Source: Eledone cirrhosa | Lineage: Eukaryota | DNA length: 64,000 bases | Assembly: GCA_964016885.1 (NCBI GenBank) | Contig: OZ024741.1 | Coordinates: 90,458,001 to 90,522,000, forward strand | Direction: 5' to 3' | Shown: piece by piece, positions 1 through 15,807 of the stretch | Position numbering within the stretch: position 1 is the stretch's first letter | Layout of the letters: every line of letters starts with the position of its first letter | Notes under the pieces: model-generated | What the model was told of the DNA's origin: nothing | Databases searched by the model: none | Seen by the model: only the letters and a program-made list of their open reading frames with translations | Translations under genes and position numbers: made by a program

Positions 1-270
1 CTCTATTCTCCAGAAAGCCAGACAAGGAATATTGAACTAGTTTCGTTGTTGTTACAACTCATCAGCAATATTTACCTATCTTCCGGCCTCTCTAGAGAAT
101 CGTAAAAGCACATATCGTTATATGCTTTTTCTATGAAAATTAGTAGTGGGCAGACCAATTTGCATAGAGTGTGAGTAAGTACCGGTTCAACGGAGACGAT
201 AAAAACAAATAACGAAACGAAATTAAATTTCGTTTCGTTTGTAACTCACTTTTGTATGACTGACGCTTAA
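1..270 (-). mobile_element. PLE pLTR/retrozyme-like repeat, related to the 19.2 kb and 56.2 kb family, truncated by window edge
   Basis: The reverse complement shares GAAATTT..TTTCG, TATGCAAATT, TAATTTTCATA and GAAACTAGT blocks with 19280-19500 and 56570-56790, and contains an HHR. Confidence 0.6.
28..72 (-). ncRNA. Type I minimal hammerhead ribozyme
   Basis: Minus strand reads AAUAUUG-CUGAUGA-GUUGU(AACA)ACAAC-GAAA-CUAG-UU-CAAUAUU: 7-bp stem I, canonical core, palindromic ACUAGU stem III, GUU triplet. Confidence 0.85.
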
Positions 271-348
271 ACAATTAAGTTAAAGATGTACATCCATATA
301 TGTATACTGAAATACTAGTGGTTACCTCCGATTCAACCCGGAATAACG

Positions 349-382
<34 letters not shown>

Positions 383-437
383 AATATATATATATAAATA
401 TATAAATATATATATAAATATATATATAAATATATAA

Positions 438-559
<122 letters not shown>

Positions 560-644
560 TCCATATACTGTACCGAATGTGTTGTTATTTCTGTTTACCT
601 TTTACATACCACACACACACACAAATATATATATATATATACAT

Positions 645-1085
645 GTAGAAGTTCTATTTAAATTGTTGGGATACAACGAGCAAATATTTTTATAACTGAT
701 ATAAAGCACTCAACAAATTATTGGAGTAAAAATACGATATATATACAAATGGAAACTATATTCATAAAACCATATTTATTTCATTATACATATTTCAAGG
801 ACACCAAGTTAAATTATGGTGTGCTTTCATCAGATAAAATATAATATAGAGCAGTTTTATAAATAAATATTGCCATACCCTTAAAGAATGCGACTATTTC
901 TGTTGGAAGCTCCCGGATAGTGGTCGCATTCTTTAAGGGTATGCCAATATTTATTTATATAACTGCTCTATATTATATTTTATCTGATGAAAGCACACCA
1001 TAATTTAACTTGGTGTCCTTGAAATATGTATAATGAAATAAATATGGTTTTATAAATATAGTTTCCATTTGTTAATATATCGTAT
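645..1085. mobile_element. Fold-back PLE-like element with degenerate HHR cores
   Basis: Inverted arms at ~733-897 and ~919-1084. CTGATGA-AAGCACACCA..TGGTGTCCTT-GAAA at 984-1024. Same family as 30955-31248 in the opposite orientation, flanked by (TA)n. Confidence 0.65.
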
Positions 1086-1339
1086 ATATATATATATATT
1101 TATACATATATACATACATATATGTATATATATATGTATATATGTATATATATGTATATATAACATACACATATATATATACATATATATATATACATAT
1201 ACATATATACATATATACATATATATATATATACATATACATATATACATATATATATATACACATATATACAAATATATATACACATATATACACATAT
1301 ATATATACATATGCATATATATATATACATATACTAATA

Positions 1340-1564
1340 ATAATAAATTTGAAGACTAAAATCCATAGAGGGCTCGATAAGGATAAATATATATCAAATA
1401 TATAAGAACCGTAGAGCAAATATTTATTAAAATAACACATTAAAGTTTAAGCAAAGAATCGCTGCTTTCACCCTTAACGGGATCTTCTGAAACTCAGAAG
1501 ATCCCGTTAAGGGTGAAAGCAGCGATTCTTTGCTTAAACTTTAATCTGTTATTTTAATAAATAT
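1340..1564. repeat. Dispersed palindromic repeat family (other copies ~25675-25890, ~57790-57997, stub ~61235-61275)
   Basis: ~70-bp inverted arms 1420-1490/1494-1564 (AAAGAATCGCTGCTTTCACCCTTAACGGGATCTTCTGA), plus the shared GAAGACTAAAATC..GAGGGCTCGATAAGGAT block. Confidence 0.75.
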
Positions 1565-1604
1565 ATATACACACATATATATATATATATATACACATAT
1601 ATGC

Positions 1605-1685
<81 letters not shown>

Positions 1686-1721
1686 TGTGTGTGTGTGTGT
1701 GCATACGATGGTTTGTACACA

Positions 1722-1763
<42 letters not shown>

Positions 1764-1778
1764 AATATATATATAATA

Positions 1779-1814
<36 letters not shown>

Positions 1815-3247
1815 CACACAAGCCTATTTCCGGATTTTCTCTGCTAATTGAAAAGCCAGTTTCAACACTGTAATGTACTCTGAGATTTACTTTGTTTATA
1901 TTTCAGCACTAACCATTTTTGAACATATATATTCATTTATTATTTTTACTTCGTTTTTGCAACAGATTTTTAAATAAATTTAGAACTTAGTGATTACAGA
2001 AAAAAAATTCACCCATGGGGTTCTTTCGTTACACTTATTCTTCATATTTATTACGGCATTTGAATATAGTTGTCCTCAGCCGCCTGGATTATTGCTCTCA
2101 GCATTGGCCATCGCACAGATTCTACTTAACTGCAGTCATCTAAACTATAATAAAGGGAAGAGTGCGGGACCGCTTCCAGAATATATTTTTTTAACTCGTT
2201 TGGAAAATAAGTTGGATTACTTTGAATAAATAATGAATGAATATTACATAATTTATCTACTAAATTTTATTATTCTTGATTAAATATAAATAATTTTGTC
2301 GCTTATTTTAAGATTCACTTCTTCAAAATGTTCAAATGTCAACACTTCCGGTTACCAATCGCTTAAATAAACGGTCATATATTTCCGTCAATGGATTACG
2401 TTACATAAGACTGTCTTCGTTCAATTTCTGTGTATATTGTCAATTAAGATTTTATTTGATGTATCATATCTACATGCATATATACGTGCGTATAATATCA
2501 ATATACACACTACATATGCTAGCAGAAAACCACCCTTCGGGTGGTTTTTCTGCTAATTAGAATAATACAACGATGATAGTATAACAAGCATATTGCCTCA
2601 ATAAATGAAAGAATTAAAATGCTATTCATAAATGAGACGCAAACAATATCTAAACATCTAAGCCTATCAGTCACTGTATATTTCAGAAAATATCATAGCT
2701 CTGACAGTTGGCAGGTAAGCAGTATATTGTATTGATGAAGGATAATCACACGGAAACATTCGTGTCTGCAGTTCTGTTTACATGCCAATACAAGAGCAAG
2801 AACAACGGGCTCATTCTACTGATATGTCTTAAAAAGAGGCTGTTTCCATAATTGCAAAGAGAATAGAATATTATTAATATTCGAAAAACTCAGATTACAC
2901 TTAAAAGGGGAAATTTATGAAAAAGGGAGAGAGGGTGGCAACAGTGCTAAGAAGCTTATATATTTCTTTTATGATGAGAAGGACTTTTAACGTTTCTCAT
3001 GGCTTCATTTTAATATATTATAGGTGGAAATAAATTATAAAACCAATAAATCATCTCATATAAAATGTATAACTGGATTGTTTGGAGTGACTGAGGTTGA
3101 CATCATATGATTATCGTTCACGCCTGCTAGAGAAAGCAACCATTTATCTATCTAGCGTATACTATGCTTATGTGTATCCATTTTAGAATTGGTACACAGT
3201 ATATGTCTATCATGATGGCAAGTGGAAATTATATACATATATATAGA

Positions 3248-3322
<75 letters not shown>

Positions 3323-3492
3323 AATAGAAAACGAAATATCAGTGATGTCTCTGAACTCAATTTATTGTGTGTTACAATTGTTTCGCCGGCAAACAGCTCG
3401 AGACGCGATCATTGTGTGGATCTGTCTGATTCTGGACCCGCAGGTTCGACGGACACGTCTAATGATTTCGGAGGGAAGCATCTTAGCTACCA

Positions 3493-3690
<198 letters not shown>

Positions 3691-3975
3691 ATACTTTGGG
3701 AGGGTCATATTGTTGTAATAATATTGTCAGAAATAATAACGGAACACACTTCTGTATCTTTTATATCTTCATAGTTAATTCATTTGGCCATCAATGTTTA
3801 TCACTGACTGACCAACGGTCAAAAATAGAGATAAAAATACATATATATAGTCTAACAAAGTTCTTTCGTTGCACATCTGCAACATCATCAGTGGAAATAT
3901 TATGTTTGCTCCTGTTGTATTGTATGTCTACGCCATTTTTATTTTATCTCAAGATAAATATATATATATATATTA

Positions 3976-4007
<32 letters not shown>

Positions 4008-4014
4008 AGACACA

Positions 4015-4153
<139 letters not shown>

Positions 4154-4306
4154 TAAAGTTATGTATATACTATATACAACTATACACAGGAAAGTTCAGT
4201 AATTTATTACTACCTTATTATCAGTAAGAAAAATAGCTCAATGTAAATACATGAGATGTTTTACAGAGGCGGAATAGAAATCAAAGCTATGTTCAAATCA
4301 TTTTAT

Positions 4307-4353
4307 TGCTAACAATCGTTTCTTCCAAACTATCGTTTGGAATCATCGGAGCA
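4307..4353 (-). ncRNA. Type I hammerhead ribozyme, CCGAUGA core variant
   Basis: UGCU-CCGAUGA-UUCCAAAC(GAUA)GUUUGGAA-GAAA-CGAUUG-UU-AGCA. Confidence 0.7.
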
Positions 4354-4431
4354 TGAGGAATCCAAACGACAGTTTGGAAGAAACGATTGTCAGCAATAAA
4401 ATGATTTGAACATAGCTTTGATTATTGTGCA

Positions 4432-4495
<64 letters not shown>

Positions 4496-4954
4496 TTATA
4501 TATATATATATGTGTGTATGTGTGTGTGTGCATGTATGTGTATATATATACATATATGTATATATATATATGTGTGTGTGTATGTATGTATATGTTTATA
4601 TATATATGTATATACATATATATATATTTATATATGTATGTATATGTATATTTATATATATATTTATATATATTTAATAATATATTTATGTATATGTATA
4701 TTTATATATATATATTATATATATATATATGTATATATTTATATATATATAATATATATATATATGTATATATATATATGTATATATATATATATGTATA
4801 TATATATATAATATATATATATGTATATATACGTATATATATATGTATATATACGTATATATATATGTATACATATATAATATATATATAAATATACATA
4901 TACATATATATGTATATATGTATATATATATAAACATACATTCACACACACACA

Positions 4955-5087
<133 letters not shown>

Positions 5088-5240
5088 TAAAGTTATGTAT
5101 ATACTATATACAACTATACACAGGAAAGTTCAGTAATTTATTACTACCTTATTATCAGTAAGAAAAATAGCTCAATGTAAATACATGAGATGTTTTACAG
5201 AGGCGGAATAGAAATCAAAGCTATGTTCAAATCATTTTAT

Positions 5241-5287
5241 TGCTGACAATCGTTTCTTCCAAACTATCGTTTGGAATCATCGGAGCA
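5241..5287 (-). ncRNA. Type I hammerhead ribozyme, CCGAUGA core variant
   Basis: UGCU-CCGAUGA-UUCCAAAC(GAUA)GUUUGGAA-GAAA-CGAUUG-UC-AGCA, with a GUC triplet. Confidence 0.75.
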
Positions 5288-5365
5288 TGAGGAATCCAAA
5301 CGACAGTTTGGAAGAAACGATTGTCAGCAATAAAATGATTTGAACATAGCTTTGATTATTGTGCA

Positions 5366-5413
<48 letters not shown>

Positions 5414-5868
5414 TTATATATATATATATGTGTGTATGTGTGTGTGTGCATGTATGTGTATATATATACATATATGTATATATATATATGTGTGTGTGTA
5501 TGTATGTATATGTTTATATATATATGTATATACATATATATATATTTATATATGTATGTATATGTATATTTATATATATATTTATATATATTTAATAATA
5601 TATTTATGTATATGTATATTTATATATATATATTATATATATATATATGTATATATTTATATATATATAATATATATATGTATATATATATATGTATATA
5701 TATATATATGTATATATATATATAATATATATATATGTATATATACGTATATATATATGTATATATACGTATATATATATGTATATATATATAATATATA
5801 TATAAATATACATATACATATATATGTATATATGTATATATATATAAACATACATTCACACACACACA

Positions 5869-5954
<86 letters not shown>

Positions 5955-5960
5955 TATATA

Positions 5961-6040
<80 letters not shown>

Positions 6041-7692
6041 AATACTGTTTATAGTTATGTATATACTATAAACAACTATAAACAGGAAAGGTCAGTAATT
6101 TATTACTATCTTATTACCAGTAAGAGAAATAGCTCAATATAAGAACATCAGTTGTTTTACAGAGCAGGAAAATAAATCATCGTATAATAAATAAATCATC
6201 GTATAAACCACCGAATATATTGTGTAGTTGCTGTCTTCTAGAGACCCATACTATAATCTTTTCGAAACTAGAACTCCTTAATAGAAAGTCAGATACATTT
6301 TCCTCGTGCCAGCACCGATACCGGCACTCGTTCCATAACTTTAAACCCAGTATACAACAATGTCAGATTTGGATTCCCCACCACCATTAACACTTCACAT
6401 CTAGGACTTATCAGCACCCACAACTACACACTCTTTGATGAACCCTTTCCTCTACGCAACTCCTACTTGTATCTAACCTTATGCTCTGCAATAACAGTTA
6501 GAATTAAACATAAAGTTACCACCTTGTGATATAACTACAATAGATTAATTATATTATATACTGTAATGGATATTTAGTATGTAAAGACATTTAATGTAAT
6601 ATATGATAATAAACTATATATACATTTATAATTATATAATTAAATATTTAAATTAATAACATGTATATAAGGGATCTACCTTTAGCACAACATAATAATA
6701 ATAAAGTATATATACATTTATAATTAAATATAAAATGTAATAGCATTGTATGTTAGGGATCAACTTTTAAAACAATAATGTATATTATTACACATATGAT
6801 ATATCTATTTTGACATATTAAAAGCTATACAATTCTTAGTAACATATACTTGTCCAGTAATGAATAGATAACAATCTAAAGAGGTCTTTAATGTATTATA
6901 GTAAAATACACTGTATTTAAAATCAAGTATAAATATATAGCATAATGTAATAGAGATTCAATGGTATCACATTATAATGTGTATTAGGGCAAAGAATTTA
7001 AATAACTGAATTGAATTTAATTAGCTAGTTACCTCCCCTTACGCATTAGCTCCCCTTATTCACTTCCGGAAATCAACGATTGGAAAATTTACCGGTTGAT
7101 CAACTATAGTCAATGAATATGATATGAATATAATAATACTATTTTACAATCCATTGCTCTAACTAACTTAAAACATTCAATATAAACATTAACTAAAGTT
7201 TAATTCAACATATGTGATGGAAAAGACTGCAAAAACTTTATGTTTCTCAACACACACAAATTTAAACACCATCAACATACTATATCCACCATAGACTTTA
7301 ATGCATTAACATATTTGCTTAAAGTGCAGTATTTATTTATCTATATATGCATAATAACTTTGCTTGTTTCCTCCTCATATATATGACTAACGCATGTGCA
7401 CTCTCCACACGCCTGCATATGTATTGTTAATGTACTCTTCCTTTCTCAAAATTCCTCTCTCAATGCCTCTTTAATTATTGGACTATTCTCTTGTTTTTTC
7501 TGTTGCATGTATTCCACTCTGTGCTTTTAATTTGAATTTGAATTTTTGTACAATTATTGTACAATTCTCGTAAAATATATGTCACATCCATTCCACCCTG
7601 TAAATACGAAACTGTTGCTCACAACATCAATATATATGTATCTATATTATTGTTCAGTTGAATAGGAGGTTAATTATATGTGCAAACATTGA

Positions 7693-7747
7693 TAATGCTC
7701 CGATGATTCCAAACGAGAGTATGTAAGAAACGATTGTCAGCTATTAC
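7693..7747 (+). ncRNA. Hammerhead ribozyme, diverged copy of the 4.3/5.2 kb family
   Basis: UAAUGCU-CCGAUGA-UUCCAAAC(GAGA)GUAUGUAA-GAAA-CGAUUG-UC-AGCUAUUA, with mismatches in stem II. Confidence 0.6.
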
Positions 7748-7779
7748 ATGATTTGAACACAACTTTGATAATTGTCTAA

Positions 7780-9145
<1,366 letters not shown>

Positions 9146-9364
9146 TATCATAACTCGTGTGTTACACCTCTATTCTTTTATATATATATATATATATATA
9201 TAAGGAGGAGGTTATAGTTCACTTGAAGCATTGTGTAATGAGGTATAAACGTTTGAATATGTATAATAAAGCCAAAACAATGCAGGTATGGACATAGAAA
9301 AAAGAATGCAATTGCAAAAGATATTGTTGACAATTCGTCTTTTACCTTAGATTTATTTAAATGT

Positions 9365-9399
9365 CCTTAATTTTCGAGATAATATCTCTTCTTCAGAGG
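9365..9399 (-). ncRNA. Minimal hammerhead-like motif (CUGAAGA core)
   Basis: CCU-CUGAAGA-A-GAGAU(AUU)AUCUC-GAAA-AU-UA-AGG. Stem I is only 3 bp. Confidence 0.45.
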
Positions 9400-9655
9400 G
9401 AAATAAAGGTCTCAAACCAGCGTTCTAAATATCTTGCCAAGCCATGCTGACAGGAAATAGTATATTTATATATATGTATGTATGTTTATATATGTGTATG
9501 TATATATATTTATATATATGTATGTATGTTTCGGACGCTAGTCCTTCACCAGACGAAAGAATGAGAATAAGATAGATTGAGTGGACGGACGGGCTGGTTG
9601 CATTTTGAAAAAATATCTTTAGATGAAATTAACAGGTCTTGGAAAACTGTTGGTG

Positions 9656-9729
<74 letters not shown>

Positions 9730-9730
<1 letters not shown>

Positions 9731-10020
9731 CCTAAGTCTGGCAGGCATGGAAAGATCTCCTTTGCGTGCTATTAGAATGAGAAAATTCGAATTCTTTGGC
9801 CACATAACAGAAGTTTGGAGAAGCTGATTCTTTGTGACAAGATCACTGGAAAGAGGAGACAAGGAAGACAAAGAACAACATTTATAGACAGTCTGAACAA
9901 ATAGGTCAACGAAAATAGGACAAGAAAGTGCGACCTCATCCGGAATACTGACAACAGGAAGGACTGGAGAGCCACGATCGCCGATGTCTGGAACAGACCT
10001 GGCACCTGATAATGATGATA
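9730..10020 (+). mobile_element. RTE-clade LINE 3' fragment
   Basis: RKFEFFGHI..., KITGKRRQGRQRTTF..., DWRATIADVWNRPGT* followed by a short TAA/TGA tail. Confidence 0.7.
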
Positions 10021-10479
10021 AAATACTGAATAGAAGAAACCAAGACTGTGTGTGTATATAAATTTACACATTTTTAGTATATAGACATGTAAACGTCAAA
10101 TATACCTATTTTCCTTGTAAACTGAAAAACAAAATGATAAACACCTTTAATTGAATTTCAGACTTAGTTGGTTCCTACATTAGGTGTGTATCTCATCCAA
10201 ACGACCACAAGGAAACAGAGGACTTTATATGCCCTATCATTCGTAGTAGTATTCTGAAATGGCTGCACGAATTTTATTCGTGTTAACAGTTAATTAAGAT
10301 ATGTACATTAAGTTGTGCGCTAAGCAGTAGTTAGTACTTTAAGGTTGATACTGAAGTGAGACAGGTTAGTATGTTTTCACCGTTGTTTTTCCTTCTGGTC
10401 ATTTATTTCCTGATGTGGTGCTCTATGGATAAATCAGGAGTCGAAATGTCTTGAATTGTAGAAAAATGTCTCATCTATC

Positions 10480-11090
10480 TTGACTTTTGGATTAAATTGC
10501 ACCCTTGGCAGAGTCAGGTTCAACACATCAGCAGATGACTACCAGATTAACAGAAAAAAAGCTCTGAAAGGGTAGGCTTAAGACTCAGCAGTAAGAAGAC
10601 AAAAGCAATGCAGACAAGTGGATTTAGTGGATCAGGTATTCAGATAAACTAAAACCAAAGGTTACCAGACTATTTTCCTGCCAACTGTAATTTACACAGA
10701 GAAAACCTGGAAGATGACTGCCAAAATAACACTGAAGTGGAATGTATTCCATCAATGATGTTTACGCAGAATACTTAAGACAACATACAGAGGTCGGTTT
10801 ACGGTTCACCAACAATGAAGTACTGAGGGGAGCTAGTTACGTAGCCCGCAGGAAATTGTGGCAGAATGAAGAAGAGACTTGCAGTAAATTCCTTCGTAAG
10901 TCTAGAGCGGTGTTGGTAACACCAGATGGAAGCAGAGGAAGACCAAAAAGCCATGGCGTGATACTTTCAAGGAAGACTTGAAATAACTTATCACATGGTA
11001 ACAGGAAGGCGATCGAATAGAAATCTAGGCTGATTAAGCGTCTTCTTGTTGCCCGATGTACAGGATGACAGCGCAGGAAGAAGTAAATAC
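10480..11090 (+). mobile_element. Degenerate RTE-like LINE 3' fragments
   Basis: Remnants such as KVGLRLSSKKTKAM and PDGSRGRPK, heavily frameshifted. Confidence 0.5.
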
Positions 11091-11266
11091 TAAGTACAAA
11101 AAAAGTCAAAAACTAACTACGTAGATTCTCATATATATGTTATGCAATTTTAATTAACTATGTGGGACAAAAGATAACGGAGACACAGATTGGAATCGGC
11201 CCCTCCTCTTATATACTCATGTTATATATTACTAATACTTGATAATTTATGAAACATATGTGCATA

Positions 11267-11333
<67 letters not shown>

Positions 11334-11634
11334 TCTTTTACTCTTTAACCTGTTCCAGCCATCCGGCCGAGGCCATGCTGGGGCACCGCCCTTGTTGCTA
11401 CACATTCTATTTCCAGTCTATGTTGGCTGGCCATTGGTGTAAGAAGAAATTCATTGCTGCTGCCCTTAGGTTACCTTTGTACTGTGCCGTGGGCCCATCC
11501 GGGATCCTGGATAGCACGGTGTTAAGATGTTATATATATATACAGTATATATAAGGTAAAAAGATCTTTTTTCCTTATACTTTCACTGGAGGAGGACGTC
11601 TCGTTTTTTTTTTCATTTTGTAAAAAAAACCCTC

Positions 11635-11720
<86 letters not shown>

Positions 11721-12479
11721 TTATATATAAGCATAAATGTTTCCCAAATCAAGTATTAGTCATCGTAAATTAATATGCAGTATACACTCATAAGTTAAAA
11801 GAGTGCCAGGAACGTTAATATACCATATTGAATAACCTACATTATTTACTTTCATCCATCTGGGACTGCCGTTCAAGGTCATCGCCGAAGCGTTGCTTAA
11901 ATTGGAATAACTTATATAAGTAGATCTATTCAGTCGGCGATATTGTGACCTTGTATCAATAACAGAATTCATTGTTTATGTATTATTTAGATGCAAATAA
12001 TCTCTCGACAGTATCTCTACAAGAATCCCTTGGTGGAATATAGTACCAGTAGTATAGTGAAATAAACTCTTTCTCTTATACCATTGTACATATTTATATG
12101 TATATCTTGTAACACTTGTAAAGAAAAGGGTTGTTGAAAATCAGAAGTACGTACATTTTAGATACAAAGGAACTTCTTAGTATTGAACTTTCCAAATTTT
12201 TCCAAATTTTTCCATTTGTAGATGTGCGCTACCATTCACCTAGAATAGGAAATAAAGGTTATGAAGATGATTTTATCAACCACCTCAACTTACGACACGT
12301 TCATAGTTGTTAGCATACGATTGGGTAGTGATGATTCATGTCTACCACACTGGTATTAGCAATAAGTGAATAGATTCATATAATTGGAAGGTAAGAAGGT
12401 TACTTCATACCCTCTTATTTCATATCATCAATTACTAAAGACAATTAGCGCCTGTGTTGTTTTTTTCATATTCAGACAG

Positions 12480-13260
12480 AAAACCACACAGTTTTTGCGT
12501 TAAGGCTCACAACTCAAGAAAACTGACAAATTGTGATGGGAAAATGTACAAAGAGATAATTACCATAAGCACAGTTGATGTGAAAGAACACGTAGCCAAG
12601 GTACCAAACTGAAAATCCCCCGGACCAGATGGGGTCCACGGAATTTGATTGAAGAGATGCAATGCAATACATGAAAGACTGGCAACACAATTGACTGTTT
12701 GTATCCAGAGAGGTGCAGTACTCACCTGAATAGTTACAGAGAGAACAACGCTTGTGATAAAAGATAGAAGTAAGGGGAATGCTGTGGGAAACTATCGCAT
12801 GCCTAAACATAATATGGAAAGTTCTCACTGGGATATTTGCAAGGAAGACATATGCTTTAGTGGCACAGGAAGAAATAGTGCCAAGAGAACAAAAATGATG
12901 TAGGAAAAAGTCCTAGGGTACTAAGGAGCACCTGGTTATTGATAAGACAGTTTTGAGGCATTGTAAGAAATATCACACAAACATGTATATGGCCTGGGTT
13001 GACTTTAAGAAGGAATATGATATGGTGTCCCATTCGTGAATTGGTGAATGCCTGTGGATGTGTGGCATTGCTGGTAACATCACAAAGTTTATACTAAATA
13101 GTATGCCAGAGTGGAAAAACAAGTTACATTCAAGCAATGTCTTTTTGGGAGAAGTAGAAATTAAAAGAGGTATCTTCCAAAGGGACTCATTCTCACCGTT
13201 ACTATTTGTTATAGCACTGATACCTACTTACACTCAGAAAAATAAAACTGGGCTACCGTG
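12480..13260 (+). mobile_element. R4/Dong-like LINE reverse transcriptase pseudogene fragment
   Basis: KSPGPDGVHG, KDRSKGNAVGNYR, GTKEHLVIDK, MAWVDFKKEYDMVSH and KRGIFQRDSFSPLLFVIALIP, with stops and frameshifts. Confidence 0.75.
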
Positions 13261-13419
13261 AATAAAAATAACGAGTCAAGAAGATTATAAAATTCTTCAG
13301 AAATTGAGAGACTGCATGTCAAGAAAAAACACAGGCAAAATCTTAAATACACAGATTAAACGAAATTGAAAACGGATATTTCTCGGGTTAATGACATTAA
13401 AATATATAGTTACAGGATG

Positions 13420-14162
13420 TTACCCAGTACATGAAGGTTGTGAAAGCAGGACCAGTTCTAGTGCGAGAAATGATGACTGAGAAAGAAAAAAAACAAAACA
13501 AAAGAAGCTTAGGAAAGAAGCATATTGAAAAAGAAGAATTGTAAATGGCATTGCCAAGATCCGGAAAGATACTAGCAGGATAGGAGCAAGGAAAAATGAC
13601 AAGAAAAAAGACAAGTAGGAGCTAATTAAAAAGTACAAATTAAAGAGGAAGGGCTTTTCATTTGTTATAGAAAGACTGGAACGAAGAATACCTGCAAAAA
13701 CTATCAAAGTAAGGGGATATAACAACAGAATCAAACAGTTCGTAGAAAATACAGGGATTTGTGATAAACGAAAGTAGATTTTACAAAAGAATGGGAGGAG
13801 TAGATTCACGTATAATACAACCTAATCCAGAGAAGGTTAGCAGATTCTGGACGCAGCTATGGAAAGCTGGTGTTATGCACAACAGCCAGGCAGAGTGGCT
13901 TAGATGACCCAAAGAAAAGATGAAAGGTGAGAAACAAAGGAATATTAGGAATATAAGGATGTCACAAAAAGATTGAACTGAATGCCGGATTGGAAGGGAA
14001 GGAACCAGATAATATATATGGGTATTGGAAGAAATTTACAGCTGTACGTGATGCTTTATTCAATACATTGGAAGAATATGTGAGATCAGGTTTTATGCCT
14101 GAAGGGTTAGTTGACGGCCGCACCGCCTTGATCATGACAGATCTGGCAAAAGAAACAGAAGC
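13420..14162 (+). mobile_element. Second R4-like LINE fragment (region preceding and entering the RT domain)
   Basis: PDNIYGYWKKFTAVRDAL...GRTALIMTD, homologous to the start of the previous fragment. Confidence 0.6.
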
Positions 14163-14164
14163 AG

Positions 14165-14420
14165 GGGGAAGGGAAAGTCGATTAAATCGACCCCAGTGCT
14201 TACTGGTACTTTATTTTATCGACCCCGTAAGGATGAAAGGCAAAGCTAACCTTGGCGGGATTTCAACTCAGAACATAAAGGGCCGTAACTCTATTAGAAA
14301 TTTGGTGATATGTCGGTTATATCAATCCCAGAACCTGATTGGTATTTACTTTATCCACCCCAAAAAGATGAAAAGCAAAGTCAGCTGGATTTAAACCCAG
14401 AACCTGCAGAGTCGTAATTA
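14165..14420 (-). mobile_element. tRNA-derived SINE (partial copies)
   Basis: Shares TACTGGTACTTTATTTTATCGACCCCGTAAGGATGAAAGGCAAAG with the 25.5 and 30.0 kb copies. Confidence 0.75.
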
Positions 14421-15205
14421 AATATTCTCCTATGGTCTAACGATTTCGTCATCAACCTTGTAATAATAATGATTATTATTTCCTCTATAGTAGTAGGTCG
14501 TATACTGTGAGTATATAATGTTTATGTGTCAGTCATTTGTGACAATTGGAGGCCAAATGGCTTCTCTTAGGGAAAGAAGAAACCAGTTCGTGGAATCCAG
14601 CTGAAGCCTACCTCAATGTTTTCGAAAACATCGACGACGTCTATTATTTTGGTGTCAAAATAAAACTCGGAGCCATGTAATTTTATAAATTGTTTTCCTA
14701 AGTAATTAATATAAACTTCCTTCAATTGGATTTTTCGTTGGCTTCCACTCTTAATTGGTACACAGGTCTGTGATTAAAGGAAAAGATGAATAGCAGAACA
14801 GAACTAATTACTTCAATATGAATAGAACATTCTAAAAATTAATATTCCATATAATATATTTTCTTCGATATCGCTAAATATAATATAGTATTATATGTTA
14901 TTCTATTCAAAATTTGTTTTAAGAAATAATTATTTTCAATAACTTTCAGTAAAAAAATAAAATAAAGAATGTTGCCATTGTTTTGTTTTTGTTACTATAA
15001 ACGTTACTTATTTTCTGTCACAATTTCATCGTCTTATTTTTTATTTTAGTTTGATTGTTTTAGGCTAAAGTAAAAATAAAATAACATTATTGTTATACTT
15101 TGGGAGAGTCATGTTACCAATAAAATCACACGCACCTGTTGGTTTTCACTTCAATTTATTATGAATTTCCGGAAATGCATAGTCTGCAAGTTAAGCCCTC
15201 CAATT

Positions 15206-15520
15206 AACTGCAAAACTAGGAACGTAGTATATAGCATAAGATACACTGAGAGACAGTGTAGGAATAAGAATATAACATACATAGGTGAAACAGCCCGTAG
15301 CATAGGAGAAAGGATAAGTGAACACTAGCGAGAACTTCAGGATGGGAAAAACTCATCAGTACTCCACCAACAGCCCAAAATAAAAGATAATTAGAGAACA
15401 AAATAGAAGACATTAGAGAACATAGAGATAAAAATCATATCCACACACAATGCTCAGGAAAATCACAGAGGCAACAAATATAAACTCCAACCAAAATTAA
15501 ACAGAAAATATGACTGGAAT
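15206..15520 (+). pseudogene. Penelope-type GIY-YIG endonuclease remnant
   Basis: The frame from 15206 reads NCKTRNVVYSIRYTERQCRNKNITYIGETARSIGERISEH*RELQDGKNSSVLHQ: VVY..YIGET.R...R..EH signature with in-frame stops. Confidence 0.8.
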
Positions 15521-15764
15521 AGCAACATCACAACTAGTAATTAAGGACAAAAAGAAGACATACAGACACACACAAAAACCAAACTATCAAAACAAACCAG
15601 ACACACACAGATAGAACAAAAAATCAACTAGTGACAAATAAATAATCATATAAATAAAAAAAATAAAAACACACGCACGCTCAAACTAAGCACACAACAC
15701 ACAACACACAAAACAAGATGTTGTAGAACAGAACAAAGGAGAGACACACAAAATAAAAAACCTA

Positions 15765-15807
15765 GTCACTGAGGAGGTCACAGAATGTGTGACGACAGAG
15801 CTTTGAC
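15765..15807 (+). ncRNA. Hammerhead ribozyme variant in the PLE pLTR (GAAA mutated to GACA)
   Basis: GUCA-CUGAGGA-G-GUCACA(GAAUG)UGUGAC-GACA-GAGC-UU-UGAC. Confidence 0.6.

Noticed and set aside
984-1034. HHR in the 645-1085 / 30955-31248 family as an intact ribozyme
   Set aside because: Core and stem II are present, but stem I does not pair in register after GUA. Kept only as degenerate.
7200-7420. Second Penelope Zn-finger/GIY-YIG remnant (CDGKDCK..TYLLK)
   Set aside because: Too degenerate to call by eye, with no clear YIG motif.
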